In this document: one piece after another, positions 36,500 to 49,619 of the stretch
Numbering within the stretch: the stretch's first letter is position 1
Layout: every line of letters starts with the position of its first letter
Source of the DNA: Felis catus
Lineage: Eukaryota
Assembly: GCF_018350175.1 (NCBI RefSeq)
Contig: NC_058373.1
Coordinates: 100,938,001-101,002,000, forward strand
Length of the DNA: 64,000 nt
Direction of reading: 5' to 3'
Notes under the pieces: model-generated
Told to the model about the DNA's origin: nothing
The model's input: only the letters and a program-made list of their open reading frames with translations
The model's database searches: none
Made by a program: the position numbers and the translations under genes

Positions 36500-37030
36500 T
36501 TGAATCCTGCTCAGTCTAATACAGTATATGTGGTTATTAAGTACTTGAACTGAGACTAGTCTGAATTGAGATGTGCTAGAAGTATAAAACACATATCTGA
36601 TCTTAAAGATTTAGTATGGAAAAAAGAATATAAAATATCTCAATAGGGGCGCCTGGGTGGCGCAGTCGGTTAAGCTTCCGACTTCAGCCAGGTCACGATC
36701 TCGCGGTCGGTGAGTTCGAGCCCCGTGTCAGGCTCTGGGCTGATGGCTCAGAGCCTGGAGCCTGTTTCCGATTCTGTGTCTCCCTCTCTCTCTCTGCCCC
36801 TCCCCCATTCATGCTCTGTCTCTCTCTGTCCCAAAAATAAATAAACGTTGAAAAAAAAATTAAAAAAAAATATCTCAATAATTCTTACTTGTTACATACT
36901 GAAATGATAATATTTTTAACATATTGGATTAAATATATTACTAAAATTAATTAGGCCTGGGTTTTTTTTCCCCCCCATTTGTAATGTGGCTTCTCAAAAA
37001 ATCAAATTACATAGGTGGTCAGCATATGTA
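36500..37030. mobile_element. MER33/MER3-like hAT-Charlie relic, split by a SINE
   Basis: gtctgaattgagatgtgct...aaagatttagtatggaaaaaagaatataaaatatctc...aatgtggct. Confidence 0.7.
36646..36866 (+). mobile_element. Young Felis-type Can-SINE
   Basis: Near consensus and CpG-rich; perfect TSD aaaatatctcaata at 36632-36645 and 36867-36880. Confidence 0.96.
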
Positions 37031-37049
37031 GTTTGTGGCTATTGTCATG

Positions 37050-37635
37050 TGTAATAGGCAAATTTCTAATATGGTCCCCAAGTTTCCAGGTCTCTGGTGT
37101 ATACACACTTTCTCCCAGTGATTCAATCAAACACTAATCTAGGTGCTATTGTGAAGGGATTTTGGAGATGTAATTAAGGCCTTAAATGTGTTGACTTTAA
37201 GATAGGGAGATTATCCAAGTGGATCTTACCTAATCACATGAGTGCTTTAAAAGCAGAGAGTTTTCTCTGGCTGGCCACAGAAGAAGAAAGCAAAGAGAGC
37301 ACTCCAACTGGCCTGGAATAAAGAAAAACATCCAGGTTGTGAATTGCCTATGGGGACCACAGGCGAGGAACTGTGGGTGGTCTCTAGTAGCTGAGAGTGG
37401 TCCCTAGCTGACAGCCAGCAGGAAAAAAGGGACCTCAGTCCTAAAACCATAAGGAAATAAATTCTTTTAACAACGAGTGAGCTTCAAGAGGACCCTGGGC
37501 CCCCTGATAAGAACTGTGGCCTCAGCTTACACTTCGATTTCAGCCCTTACAGGCCTAACCTACAAAAATTATGAGATACATTTGTGTTGTTTTAAGCTGT
37601 TAAATTGGTGGTAATTTGTTACAGAGCAGTAGAAA
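37050..37635 (+). mobile_element. MLT1 (MaLR) solo LTR
   Basis: aatctaggtgctattgtgaaggga...gggagattatcc...ctgacagccagcagg...tgttttaagctg...gtaatttgttacagagcag. Confidence 0.85.
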
Positions 37636-37637
37636 TC

Positions 37638-37872
37638 ATGGGGCTCCTGAGTGACTCAGTCAGTTGAGTGTCTGACTTTGGCTCAGGCCGTGATCTCACA
37701 GTTGGTGAGTTTAAGCCTCACGGCAGGCTCTGTGCTGACAGCTCAGAGCCTGGAGTCTGCTTCAGCTTCTGTGTCTCCCTCTCTCTCTGCCTCTCCCCGG
37801 CTTGTGCTCTGTCTCCCTCTTTCTCTCTCAAAAATAAATAAACATTAAAAAAGAAAGAAAGAAAGAAAGAAA
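37638..37872 (+). mobile_element. Can-SINE with (GAAA)n tail
   Basis: Standard body inserted in the MLT1 3' terminus. Confidence 0.92.
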
Positions 37873-39994
37873 TCTAATGAACCATATTCTAAGGCTTGTT
37901 TGTGGTCTTCTGACTAATAGTGGGTTATTCTTACAAATAAAATAAATACCAATAAATTTGTATGTATACTATACTTCATACAAATTCTATGAGTTGTATT
38001 TTAAGAAAGAATGTATTTAGAAGCAAACCAAGTCCTTAAATTAGCTAGTTTGACATATAATTCTGTGTAGTGCTGTTAATCTTGCTAGAATATCTGAAGG
38101 TTAGGTTTTTCCAGCATTATACAATAATTTTTGCTGGCATTTTCCAATGTCTGAATATTCACTATAGGGTATAATTCTTTAAAAATCTGACCAAAATGCT
38201 AAGACAGAACAAAATAAAATAAAAATCACAACTAAAAACTTTCCCTTGGTAAATACCACTAAAATGCAGAATAACTTAGGATTTCGGGAACTCACAAAAA
38301 TTGCTGGGAATTCTGATTTCTTGTTTCCTAAAGGTTATTATCTATTGGGAATTTGGAAACACTGTTTAGTGTTGCTATAAGGATTAAATGAATTAATGAA
38401 TGTAAAAGGCTTAGGCCAGAGCCTGGAGAGTGTTAAGTGCCTAACACATGGTATTCATTATTAGTCTCTAGTCTCAGACACATAAATAACAGGAACATCA
38501 AATTGACTATGAGCATTTATGGATGCAGCTGATTGAATTTATATAACATAGAAGAAAGTAAGGGAATTTTAAGCAATTGTTTAAAAAGAAATCCACAGGG
38601 ATTAGTCTTAAAGGTGCATCAGCAACCTGAAGATTTTTTTATTTGAGGGGTATTTTGATATATTAAAGAATGTATTGAAAAAAATCATCACGATGAGTAT
38701 TAAAGGCACTTGTGGGAGATCAAAGAAAGATGAGAAAATAAGAAAGCAAAGGATTACCTTTCCCTCAAAGCCCATGTCTATTTTCTCACATTATAAAGAA
38801 GTGTGAATTGAATTTCAACAGTTTGATCTGATTTGATTTGCTTATGGCTAGCAAAAAAAGTGCTTTGCATTATCTAACAAAGAAAACAGTCTTTATTTTT
38901 TATTTTTTGAATCTGAGTATAGTTGACACACAATGTTACATTCATTTCAGGTATACAATTTAGTGATTTGACAAGTTTATGCATTATGCTATGTTCACCA
39001 CAAGCAGCTGCCATCTGTATCATTACATCACTTTTGGAATATCATCGACTATATTCCTTATGGTCTCCTTTTTATTCCCATGATTTACTCATTCTGTAAC
39101 TGGAAGCCTGTATCTCCCACTCGCCTTAACCCACTTTGCCCAACTTCCTCCCCTCCTCCCCTCTGGCAATCATTGGTTTGCCCTCTGTACTTGTAGCTCT
39201 GATTCTGCTCTTTGTCTGTTTATTCTTTTTTTTTTTTTTAATTCCATTTAAGAGTGTAATCTTATGGTATTTGTCTTTCGTTGTCTGACTTATTTCACTT
39301 AACATTGTATCCTCTCGGTCCACCCATGTTGTCTCAAATGGCATAGTCTCATCCTTCTTTTTGACCATGTAATATTCCATTGTATTTATATACACATTTT
39401 CTTTGCTCTTCATCTACTGATGGATGCTTAACGTTGCTTCCATGTTTTGGTTCTTGTAAACGATGCTGCAGTAAACCTAGGGGTGCATATATCTTTTTGA
39501 GCTAGTGTTTTTGGGTTTTTTGTGTAAATACCCAATGGTAGAATTACTGGATCATATTGTAATTCTATTTTTAATTTTTTCTGGAACCTCCATACTGTTT
39601 TCCAAAGTGGCTGCACCAATTTACATTCCTACCTACAAGCGCATGCTTTGTCTCCACATCCTCACTAACATTTGTAGTTTCTTCTTGATTTTAGCCATTC
39701 TGATAAATGAGGCCTGATATCTCATTGTGGTTTTGATATATATCCCTGATGATAAGTGATGTTGGGCATATTATCATGTTTCTGTTGGCCAACTGTATGT
39801 CTTCTTTGGAAAAATGTCTATTCAGTTCCTCTGCCCATTTTTAAATCAGAATGTTTGTTTTTTTGGTGTTCAGTTGTGTAAGCTGTTTATATATTTTTGA
39901 TATTAACTCTTTATTGGATATATCATTTGTAAATAGCTACTATTCAGTAGGTTGTCTTTTTCTTTTATTGATGGTTTTCTAATTGTGCAAAGGC

Positions 39995-40097
39995 TTTTTT
40001 TTCTTTTTGTGAGCTCTGTGCCCAATGTGGGGCTCGAAACTCATGACCCCAAGATCAAGAGTCACATGTTCTGCCAGCTGAGCCAGCCAGGCACCCC
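39995..40097 (-). mobile_element. Short Can-SINE (tRNA head plus tail) inside the L1
   Basis: TSD tgtgcaaag(g)ctttt. Confidence 0.85.
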
Positions 40098-40242
40098 TGT
40101 GCAAAGCTTTTTATTTTGATGTAGGCAGTCCCAATAGTTTATTTTTGCTCTTGTCTCCCTTGCCTTAAAAGATGTATCTAGATAAATGTTACTATGGCTG
40201 ATGTCAGAGGAATTACTGCCTGTGCTCTCTTCTAGGATTTTT

Positions 40243-40458
40243 AAAATTTTTAATGTTTATTTTTGAGAGAGAGAGAGAGAGAGAGACAGAATGTGAGTGG
40301 GGGAGGGGCAGAGAAAGAGTGAGACACAGAATCCTAAGCAGATTCCAGGTCCTGAGCTGTCAGCACAGAGCTTCACACGGGGCTTGAACTCACAAATTGT
40401 GAGATCATGACCTGAGCTGAAGTCAGATGCCTAACCAACTGAACCACCCAGGCACCCC
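40243..40458 (-). mobile_element. Can-SINE inside the L1
   Basis: TSD ctcttctag(g/c)attttt. Confidence 0.93.
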
Positions 40459-41124
40459 TCTCTTCTAGCATTTTTATGGTTTGGGATCTCACGTTTAGGT
40501 CTTTAATCCATTTTGAATTTATTTTTTTGTATAGTGTTGGAAAGCAGTCCAGTTTCATTCTTTTACATGTAGCTATCCAGTTTTCCCAACATCATTTATT
40601 GAAAAGATGTCTTTTCCCCATTGTACATTCTGGTCTCCTTTGTCACAGATCAATTGGCCATATATATGTGGGTTTATTTCTGGGGTCTCTATTCTGTTCT
40701 ATTGGTCTGTGGGTCTATTTTTGTGCCAGTGCCATATTGTTTTATTTATTATAGATTTATAGATCTTGAAATCTGGAATTCTGATACCTCCAGCTTTGTT
40801 CTTTTTCGGGACTGCGTTGGCTATTTGGAGTCTCTTGTGGTTCCATATAAATTTTAGGATTATTTGTTCTAGTTTTGTGAAAAATGCTGTTGGTATTTTG
40901 ATAGGAATTGCATTGAATCTGTAGATTGCTTTGGGTAATATGGACATTTTGACAATATCAATTCTTCCAATTCATGAGCATAGAATATCTTTCTATGTTT
41001 GCATGATCTTCAGTTTCATTCATCAATGTATTATAGTTTTCAGAGTGTAGGGCTTTTGCTTCTTGGTTAAATTTATTCCTAGGTATTTTATTCTTTTTGT
41101 TGCAATTGTAAATAGTGTTGTTTT

Positions 41125-41323
41125 TTATTTTTTTAAGTTTATTTATTTGTTTTGAGAGAGAGAGAGTGCGAGTGAGTGGGAGAAGGACAGAGAGGGAGGG
41201 AGAAAGAGAATCCCAAACAGGCTCCAAACTGGCATCACAGAGCCTGATGCAGGGCTTGAGCTCACAACCATGAGCCAAAAGCAAGAGTCAGACATTTAAC
41301 CAACTAAGCCACCCAGGCACCCC
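41125..41323 (-). mobile_element. Can-SINE inside the L1 (first of a tandem pair)
   Basis: Standard body flanked by taaat(a/g)gtgtt. Confidence 0.92.
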
Positions 41324-41344
41324 AGTAAATGGTGTTTTTTATAA

Positions 41345-41554
41345 AAAATTTTTTAATGTTTATTTATTTTTGAGAGAGAGACAGAATGTGAGCAGAGTGA
41401 GGGGCAGAGAGAGAGGCAGACACAGAGTCAGAAGGAGGCTCCAGGCTCTGAGCTGTCAGCCCAGAGCCTGATGCGGGGCTTGAACTCATGAGCTGTGAGA
41501 TCATGACCTGAGCTGAAGTCAGATGCTTAACTTACTGAGCCACCCAGGGGCCCC
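41345..41554 (-). mobile_element. Can-SINE inside the L1 (second of a tandem pair)
   Basis: Standard body flanked by ta(a/g)atggtgttttt. Confidence 0.92.
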
Positions 41555-44503
41555 TAGATGGTGTTTTTTAAATTTCTCTTTCTGTGACTTGTTAGTGCAT
41601 AGAAATGCTACTGATTTCTGGGTATTAATTTTGTATCCTGCCATTTTACTGACTTTGTTTCTTACTTCTAGTAGGTTTTTGGTGGAATCTTTAGGACATT
41701 CTATGTGTAGTGTCATGCTGTCTGCAAACAGTGACAGTTTAACTTATTCTTTACCAATATGGATGCTTCTCATTTCTTTTTTTCTTGTTAGATTGCAGTG
41801 GACTTCTAGTAGTATGTTGAATAAAAATGGTAAGAGTAGATATCCTTGTCTTATTCCTGACTTCAGAGAAAGCTTTCAGTTTTTCACCATTAAGAATAGT
41901 GTTAGCTGTGGGTTTTTCATACATGATCTTTATTACATCAAGGTATGTTCCCTCTAGTCCCATTTTGTTGAGGGTTTTTATCATGAATGGGTGTTGAATC
42001 TTGTCAAATGTATTTTCTGCATCTGTTGAGATGATCATATGACTTTTGTCCTTCGTTTTGTTGATGTGTATGATGTTGATTGATTTGCAAATATTGAACT
42101 ATCCTTGCATCCCAGGAATGAATCTCACTTGATCATGGAGTATTTCTGTGTGTCCATTTTTATTTCTCTTCTCTAGTTTCTGATTTTATTTATTTGGGTC
42201 CTTTCTCTATTTTTCTTGATGAGTCTGGCTAGGAGTTTGTCAATTTTGTTTGTCTTGGTTTCATTGATTTTTTTTTTTTAGTCTCTTTCATTTATTTCTG
42301 CTCCAAACTTTATTATTTCCTTTTCTAGTCACCTTGGGTTTTGTTTGCTCTTCTTTTTGTAGTTACTTTAGGCATAAAGTTAAGTTTTTTGTTTAAGATT
42401 TTTCTTATTTCTTGAGGTAGGCCTGTATTGCTATAAACTCCCTCCTAGAACTGCATTCACTGTGTCCCTGAGAGTTTGAACCATTTTGTTTTCATTTTCA
42501 TTTGTCTCTGTGTATTTTTTTATTTCTTCTTTGATTGATTCATTGATCTTTGTTTTTCTAATATTGTGTTGTTTAGTCTCCACATGTTTGTGTTTTTTCC
42601 TAGTTTTTTTTTTTCTTTTAATTTATTTCTAGTTTTATACCATTGTGGTCAGAAAAGATGCATGGTATGATTTCAATCTTCTTCACTTAATGAGTCTTGC
42701 TTTATGGTCTAATATGTGATCTGTTCTGGAGAATGTTCTATGCACACTTGAGAAGAATGTATATTCTATTGTTTTTGGATGGAATGTTTTGTATATATCT
42801 GTTACATCCATCTGGTCCAGTGTGCCATTCAAAGCCACTGTTTGCTTATTGATTTTCTGTCTGGATGATCTATCCATTGATGTAAGTGGAATGTTAACAT
42901 CTCTTACTGTTATTGTATTACCATCAGTTTCTCTATTTATGTCCATTAATATTTGCTTTATGTATTAGATGCTCCAGTGTTGGATGCATAGGTGCATAGA
43001 TATTTATAATTGTTATATCCTTTTGTTGTATTGATTCCTTTATCATTATATAATGCTCTTCTTTATCTCTTGTTATAATTTTTGTTTTGAAGTCTATTTT
43101 GTCTGATATAAATATTGCTTGCCTGGCTTTTTTTTTTTCACTTCCATTTGCACAGTGAATGTTTTTCCATCCTTGCACTTTCAGTCTGTATGCATCTTTA
43201 GGTCTGAGGTGAATCTCTTGTAGGCAGCACATGGATGGGTCTTGTTTTTGTTATTCATTCTTCCACTCTGTGTCTTCTAATTGGAGCAGTTAGGCCATTT
43301 TCACACAAAATAACTATTGATAGGTATGTACTTATTGGCATTAAAAAATTTGTTTTCTGATTGTTTTTGTAGTTCTTCTTAGTTCCTTTCTTTTTCTGCT
43401 GCTCTCTTTCTTTGGATCAATGAATATCTATAGTGTTTTGTTTGGTTTTCTTTCTCTTTATTTTCTGTGTATCTATCATGGGTTTTTGGTTTCTCTTTAC
43501 CATGAGATTCATGTATAACATCCTAAGTAATTAGTAGTCCATATTTAGTTTGATGTCATTAAAGTTCGAACACATTCTTAAAAAAAAAAAAACAGAAAAA
43601 GAAAAATCTTTTTCTTTTCCTTTTTCTCTTCCCTTTTTACTCCCTTCTCCATGCTTTAGTATGTTGTCATATTTTACATTTTTTATTCATATTTTTCTAT
43701 GTCTAATTATGACTAATTTCCATTTCTCTTCTGCTTAAAGAAGTCCTTTCTCTTAAGTCTGGTTTAGTGGTGATAAATTCCTTTACCTTTTGTTTGTCTG
43801 GGAAACTATCTCTCCTTCAAATCTGAATAATTTTGACTGGTAGAGTATTCTTGGTTGTAGTTTTTTCTTCCTTTCAGGACTTTGAATATATCATGACACT
43901 TCCTTCTGGCTTCCAAGAAAAATCAGCTCATCATCTTATACGTTTTCCCTTGTAGGTAACTTGTTTCTTACTTGCTGATTTTAAGATTCTCTCTTTATCA
44001 TTAATCTTTGACATTGTAATTATTATGTGTTGTGATATGGACCTCCTTGGGTTCATTTTGTTTGGAATTCTGTGCTTCCTGCACTTGGAAGTCTATTTCC
44101 CTCCCTATGTTCTCAGAGAAGTTTTCAGTTATTATTTCTTCAAATAAGTTCTCTACATTTTTTCTCTCTCTCTTCTTCTTCCGGGACCCCTATACTACAA
44201 ATGTTTGTTCACTTGATGTTGTCCAAGAGATCTTTTAATCTATCCTAATCTTTGAAAATTCTTTTTTCTTTTTGCTGTTAAGCTGTGTCCTTTCCATCAT
44301 GCTATCTTCCAGATCACTGATATGTTGTTTTCCATCCTCTAATCTACTGTTGAATTCTCTCTAGTGTATGTTTTATATCAGTTATTGTATTCTTCAGCTC
44401 TGATTGGTTCTTTTTAATATTTTCTACCTCTTTATTGAAGGTCTCACTGAAGTCCTCCATTCTTTTCTCCAGCCCAGTGAATATCTTTATAATCATTACT
44501 TTA

Positions 44504-44728
44504 TTTATTTGTTTTTTATTATTTTTTTAATGTTTATTTATTTTTGAGAGAGAGACAGAGTGTGAGTGGGGAAGGGGCAAAGAAAGAGGGAGACACAGAA
44601 TCTGAGGTAGGCTCCAGGCTTTGAGCTGTCAGCACAGAGCCTGATGTGGGGCTTGAACCCACAAACTGTGAGATCATGACCTGAGCCAAAATTGGATGCT
44701 CAACTGACTGAGCCACCCAGGTGCCCCT
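44504..44728 (-). mobile_element. Can-SINE inside L1 ORF1
   Basis: TSD aatcattacttta at 44491-44503 and 44731-44743. Confidence 0.94.
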
Positions 44729-47700
44729 GCAATCATTACTTTAAATTCTTTGTCAGACATATTGCTTATCTTTGTTTCATTTAATTCTTTTACTGAAGTT
44801 TTTTCTTGTTCTTTCTTCTGGAACATATTCCTCTGTCTCCCCATTATGCTCACCTTTCTGTGTTTGTTTATGGATCAGATGAAACTACTATTTCTAAAGT
44901 TGAAGGAGTGGCCTTGTGTATGGAAACCCCTATGCAGATTCTGTGTGGTTGGTGACTTTTGCTGGGGCTGGCTGGACAGTGGTAGTATATGCTAGTTACT
45001 CTTTTAAACCATGACTTTTTACAGAGAAAATAAAGAAGAAATTATAATAAAAGAAAAAAGAAAAATAAAAAGAGAAAAAAAAGAAAAAGAAAAAAGAAGA
45101 GAAAAAAAAAGAATAAAAGAGAAAAAGAGAATAAGAACAAAACCCAAAAGAAAAAAAGAAAAACAAAACAAGACCAATTTTAAAAAATTTTTAAAAAAGG
45201 TAAAATAAAACAGCAAAAATTTAAAGAAGAGAAGGGGAAGGGGTAGTTTCTGGTTTTGTTTTTGTGCCTCAGCACCACAGGGCAGGTAGAGTAGGCTTGA
45301 GACTTGGGGCTTGCTGAGAAAAAAGCATAGAAAACTTATTTGAAGAAATACTAACTGAAAACTTCCCTGAAAATGTAAGGAGAGAAATAGACTTCCAAGT
45401 CCAAAAGCACAGAATTCCAAACAAAACGAACCCAAAGAGGTCCATACCACAACACACAAAAAGAGAAGCTCACCCACCATAAGCTGGGTCCTGCTCTGGT
45501 CTGGGTCCTTGAGGTAGAGGGAGAGAGAGCGTTCCTACAGTTCCTCAGCTGTTCTCAACCATGGTTTTTCCTCTGTGTCCCACTGCATCTTGGGCTGGTG
45601 TAGACCTGTGGACCCGGGCTTGCTAAAGTCATAAGCTAACCCAAATGATGGGACCAGCTCGCACTCCTGTCCAGGCTTCCATGGGGGCATGGGAACATAA
45701 GCCTTGTTCTCCAGTCTCTCTGACCTGGAGAGCATTCCCACAGCTCCTCTGCTGCTTGGCAGAGTTGTAGTATTGTTTCTTTTGTATGCTAGTTGCTCTT
45801 TTAAACCATGGGTATTTTTCTGTGTCCAAGGACAGAGGAATTTATTTCCAGCCCCTTAGTACTATCCCTCCCTACTGCTATTCATTGTGTTGGGAGTGGG
45901 GGTTCCCTTTGTTACTATGTCTCTGTCTCCTTTGTTGTTCTCTTGCTGTTCTCTCTGTCTTTGGGTGTTGAGTAGCTTTTCAATCATCCCTCAGCTCTTC
46001 AGGAGCAATTATTCTATTAATAGGTATAATTTGGTGTGTTCCATAGAGGAGGTGAGTTCAGAGTCTTTCTACATCCCCATCTTGAACTGGAACATACCCC
46101 TCAGTCTTTATAACTTAACCATAGAAGTGATATCTACTCTTCCTTTACTTACTAGGAGGAGAGGATTGGATTGCAGTTAAGGTTGAAAGAAAAGAACAAT
46201 GAAGTGGATTTTGCTTCAGGGTCTTAATTTCCTTCATTTCCACTGGAATATCTTACCTTCTCCTGTCATCCAGCCATGTTATCCTCTCAAATTTACCTAA
46301 AACCTCAAGTTTCTTTGGGAAAGGTATCCCTGACTGACTTCCCTTGTTCTTAATGATTTCCACTTGCCTTCAGGGACTTTGCCCTCTGTTGTATGTTTTC
46401 ACTTGGAATGGGGTTCTCTGAGATCTTGCAGGTTCTTAGGTCTGTGGATGCTATTTCCCTCCATTAGATTATGAGGTGCTATATCAGAACAAGAATTCAA
46501 GTTGTTTTTTTGTCTTTAATCTATAGTATTCTGCACATGTCATTTAATCAGAGGCATCTAGTAACTGTAAGTGTATCTCAAATAAGAATTAATGGTACAT
46601 GGTGAGATGTTAGTTTAACAAGTAGGGAAATGTCTTTTTCTGTTCAGTCCAGATTCTTAGAGCATGAAGATCCCACTTTTTCGTGCAGTTTTGAGTAAGA
46701 TGTTTTTCTTTTGCAGTCATTAAATCTTTGCTGTTCTCAGACTCTCAAGCTCTCCTGTCATCCATTATATTCCTAATACAAATGAGAGCTGAAGGAGTAC
46801 ATAAATTAATAGATTGGAGATATTCCAACGTTTTTCAACCCTTGTTTTTAGAAATAACATAGTTGTCATATTTCATTGAATGAGTGATGGTATTCAAGAA
46901 TCCCAGAAATATCTCTTTTATAACTAAGTCTATCTTCGGAATTTGGAATTTCCTAGCTCCTGCTGAAACTGAATGAATTTAATGGAATGTCACCACTTTA
47001 GGAGTTTTGGGTTCCAGAGTTTTTCACTCTGGACACACGGTGTACATATTTGCAGGTGTTGGCAAATCCCACACATGCAGTCTCTTCTTTCTACCCTTTA
47101 CCCAAACAAAAAATATTTCCATTCATATTAATTCAGTCTTGAACTTATTTTAGAAGCAACTGGAAAAAGCCTCATTTATCTTTGTCGTTATGCAACTGGC
47201 TAAGAATTGCAGAAATCATGTGGTTAGATGATTGTTGAAAAGACCTAGCTTATTAGAGATGGGCAAACCTTGGAAGGGTTGATGAGGTTCTTAGAGGGCC
47301 CCTGAAGTGTGGCTACTTCTCTGAAAGCTAATCAAATTAATAACCAGTACATAATAACATTCAGGATCTCTCAGAAAGTTATTGCCTCGTGAGGTTATCA
47401 TCTTTTCACATGTAATTGTCTTTCCCAGCGAGGGCTCCGTCATGGGAGAACTCAGACTAATGGCATTATGCTGTGACTTCAGGCAGTCTCCTTCCCCACC
47501 CCCATCCCACCTTTCCTTTCTCAGCCATGGTGGGTCCCCTGTCTGAGCAACAGCAGAAAACTCAGAGCAAGAAAAAGCCCACAGGGTCATATCTTTACTG
47601 CTATATTGTGGGGATGGTCCTATGCTAAGCTGGCGTAAATAAAATATGCTGCTGCTGCTGCTGCTGGCTATGTCTCCAGAGAAAATCATCTGGGAGCCTG

Positions 47701-49349
47701 TTAGAACAAAGAATTAGACATGGTCTCCAGTGAGTGGATTTTCTAGGCCTGTGGCTGGTGGTAACTTCAAAGTGAGGTCTGTGCACAGAGGGAAGTATTG
47801 AGAATATTGGAGACCAAAGCGTTACATGACCTCAAATGTTTCCCTTGCTTGCTTGCTTGCTTTCTCTTTTGAGCCTGACAAATAGCTTCTGGAGGCCCAG
47901 TTCCATTAAGGAAGTTGAAGAACCAATGAGCTTTCCTCTTATTAAAATACTATTTGTTTCACTGGAGTAAAATGAGTCCAGGGTGGGAAGTGGCCAGGAT
48001 GAGACAGAGTCCACCACGTAAGTCTGCTGGGCTTGTCCTTCCTTGTCCATATCCCTTTGTGCTATTGTCTTATAAAACTGTAGATATTTCCATACTCATA
48101 AACGCCAGTACCAGAAATCAAGAGGAGACTTTCTTTTAGATGCGATTGTCTTCCAGTTTGCTGGTAGGCTTTATTTCTAGCTTATTTGTTGGAGTCTTCA
48201 GATGTGTCGCCATTTGGGCCTATGAAACTTCATATCTAATTATTTTGAAATTTGGTACCCTTTAATACAAAAGAAATTAAAACAACAACAATGAAAATAT
48301 TGTCCAATTCTATGCACAATAAAATATCCTTCAGTAATTTGATTTGCAGGAAATGAAAAGTATTATCAACAGAATATGCTTTTCAAAAATTTATAATCCT
48401 TTAAACGGGCAAATCCTTTCTCCGGGATTAGTAGCATGGTTGTGTCCTAGGGGCCAAATCCTATTCTCTGATTCAATCCTCAAATCCTTTCTAACAGTGC
48501 CTATATTGATTTCAGACCCAGTTTCCCTTAAGAATCTGAGGACAGAATTTGGTGCTGTGTGTGCAGGTCCTTAAATAAGGATTTTTTAAAATGAAGTTTA
48601 TCTAAAACAGCCTCTATTTCCAAAAGTTAAATTCTGATGCCTCAATGAGTGTAATAGATGTGCTTCATTTCTTGGCTGTCCTTTGTTTTCTCCATGCATA
48701 GCTGAATTCATACTTCTTTGATCTGAAGGAACAAACTAGAAGGTTGATGCTGAACTCCAAAAGTTTTTGGTGACTCCGGGCATTTCATTAATCCAAAATA
48801 TTGACACTGAATATGCATATAGTCGATCTTTCTATCATATTTTTAGTATTCTTGGAACTTGGTCTTTTTGAATACAGTGTACGTATAAATGTTTATTATA
48901 CATACTTACATTCACAGAGGTCAGATGCTCTCTGTTATAAGGAATGTAATTGGTGTTCTGCTCATCTACAGGAAGATGATAATAAATGCTGATGACGATG
49001 TGTAGATAATGAAGGCAGTAAAAACCCCAAGTTGATTTTTTTAATCATTAAAGAGTGTTTACATTATGAGGAGCACAGTTTTAGTAAATGTGTTATGTTA
49101 ATTATTCAAAAAATGGTTATCCATGTATAAAGCAGAATATTTGTTTTATCAGGACACATTATTCCCTACCTAGAATAGATAACAGAATTTGTTGTTCTGT
49201 CTCGCAAAGTCTTCTCTGAGAAAAAGAACTGATATAGAGCAGAGAGGTAGTAAGAGGATCATCAAAGCATGGCCATATCATGAATGCCTACATAGAAGAG
49301 AAGTTTACAAAGAAAGTTGGCAGGCAGATTATAGTAAAGTTAACCATGC

Positions 49350-49600
49350 AATTCGCACAATAACAACATTTTTGAATGGGTATTGTGAGCCAAGTACTGA
49401 GCAAAAGTATTTACAGGAATTGTGTTTGATTCTCAGGACAACTCTATGAAGCAGGTATTATTCCTATTATCATTTTCCATCTAAGGAAAATAAAGCTTAG
49501 TTAATATGGAATAGCTTGTCCAAGATCACACAACTAAGTGACTCAGCCTGGGTTTGAACCCATTTGTGCCAAACTCCAATCCCCAGGATCCTAATTCCAC
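49350..49600 (-). mobile_element. MIR
   Basis: acaactctatgaagcaggtatt...gcttgtccaagatcacacaactaagtg...gggtttgaaccc. Confidence 0.8.
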
Positions 49601-49619
49601 CTTCTGTGCCTTTTGTCTT

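Larger units (their letters stand above)
38897..46101 (-). mobile_element. Near full-length decayed carnivore L1 (5'UTR, ORF1, ORF2, 3'UTR)
   Basis: ORF2 fragments in the ORF track ([40 protein letters not shown]; endonuclease-like pieces 42683-43232); L1 5' end near 46098; TSD cagtctttat at 38887-38896 and 46102-46111. Confidence 0.95.

Noticed and set aside
39126..43232. ORFs with RT/endonuclease motifs as an active element
   Set aside because: Fragmented L1 ORF2 with stops, frameshifts, a deletion and SINE insertions
45011..45480. K/E-rich and F/L-rich ORFs
   Set aside because: Low-complexity tract of the carnivore L1 5'UTR plus the inverted L1 block
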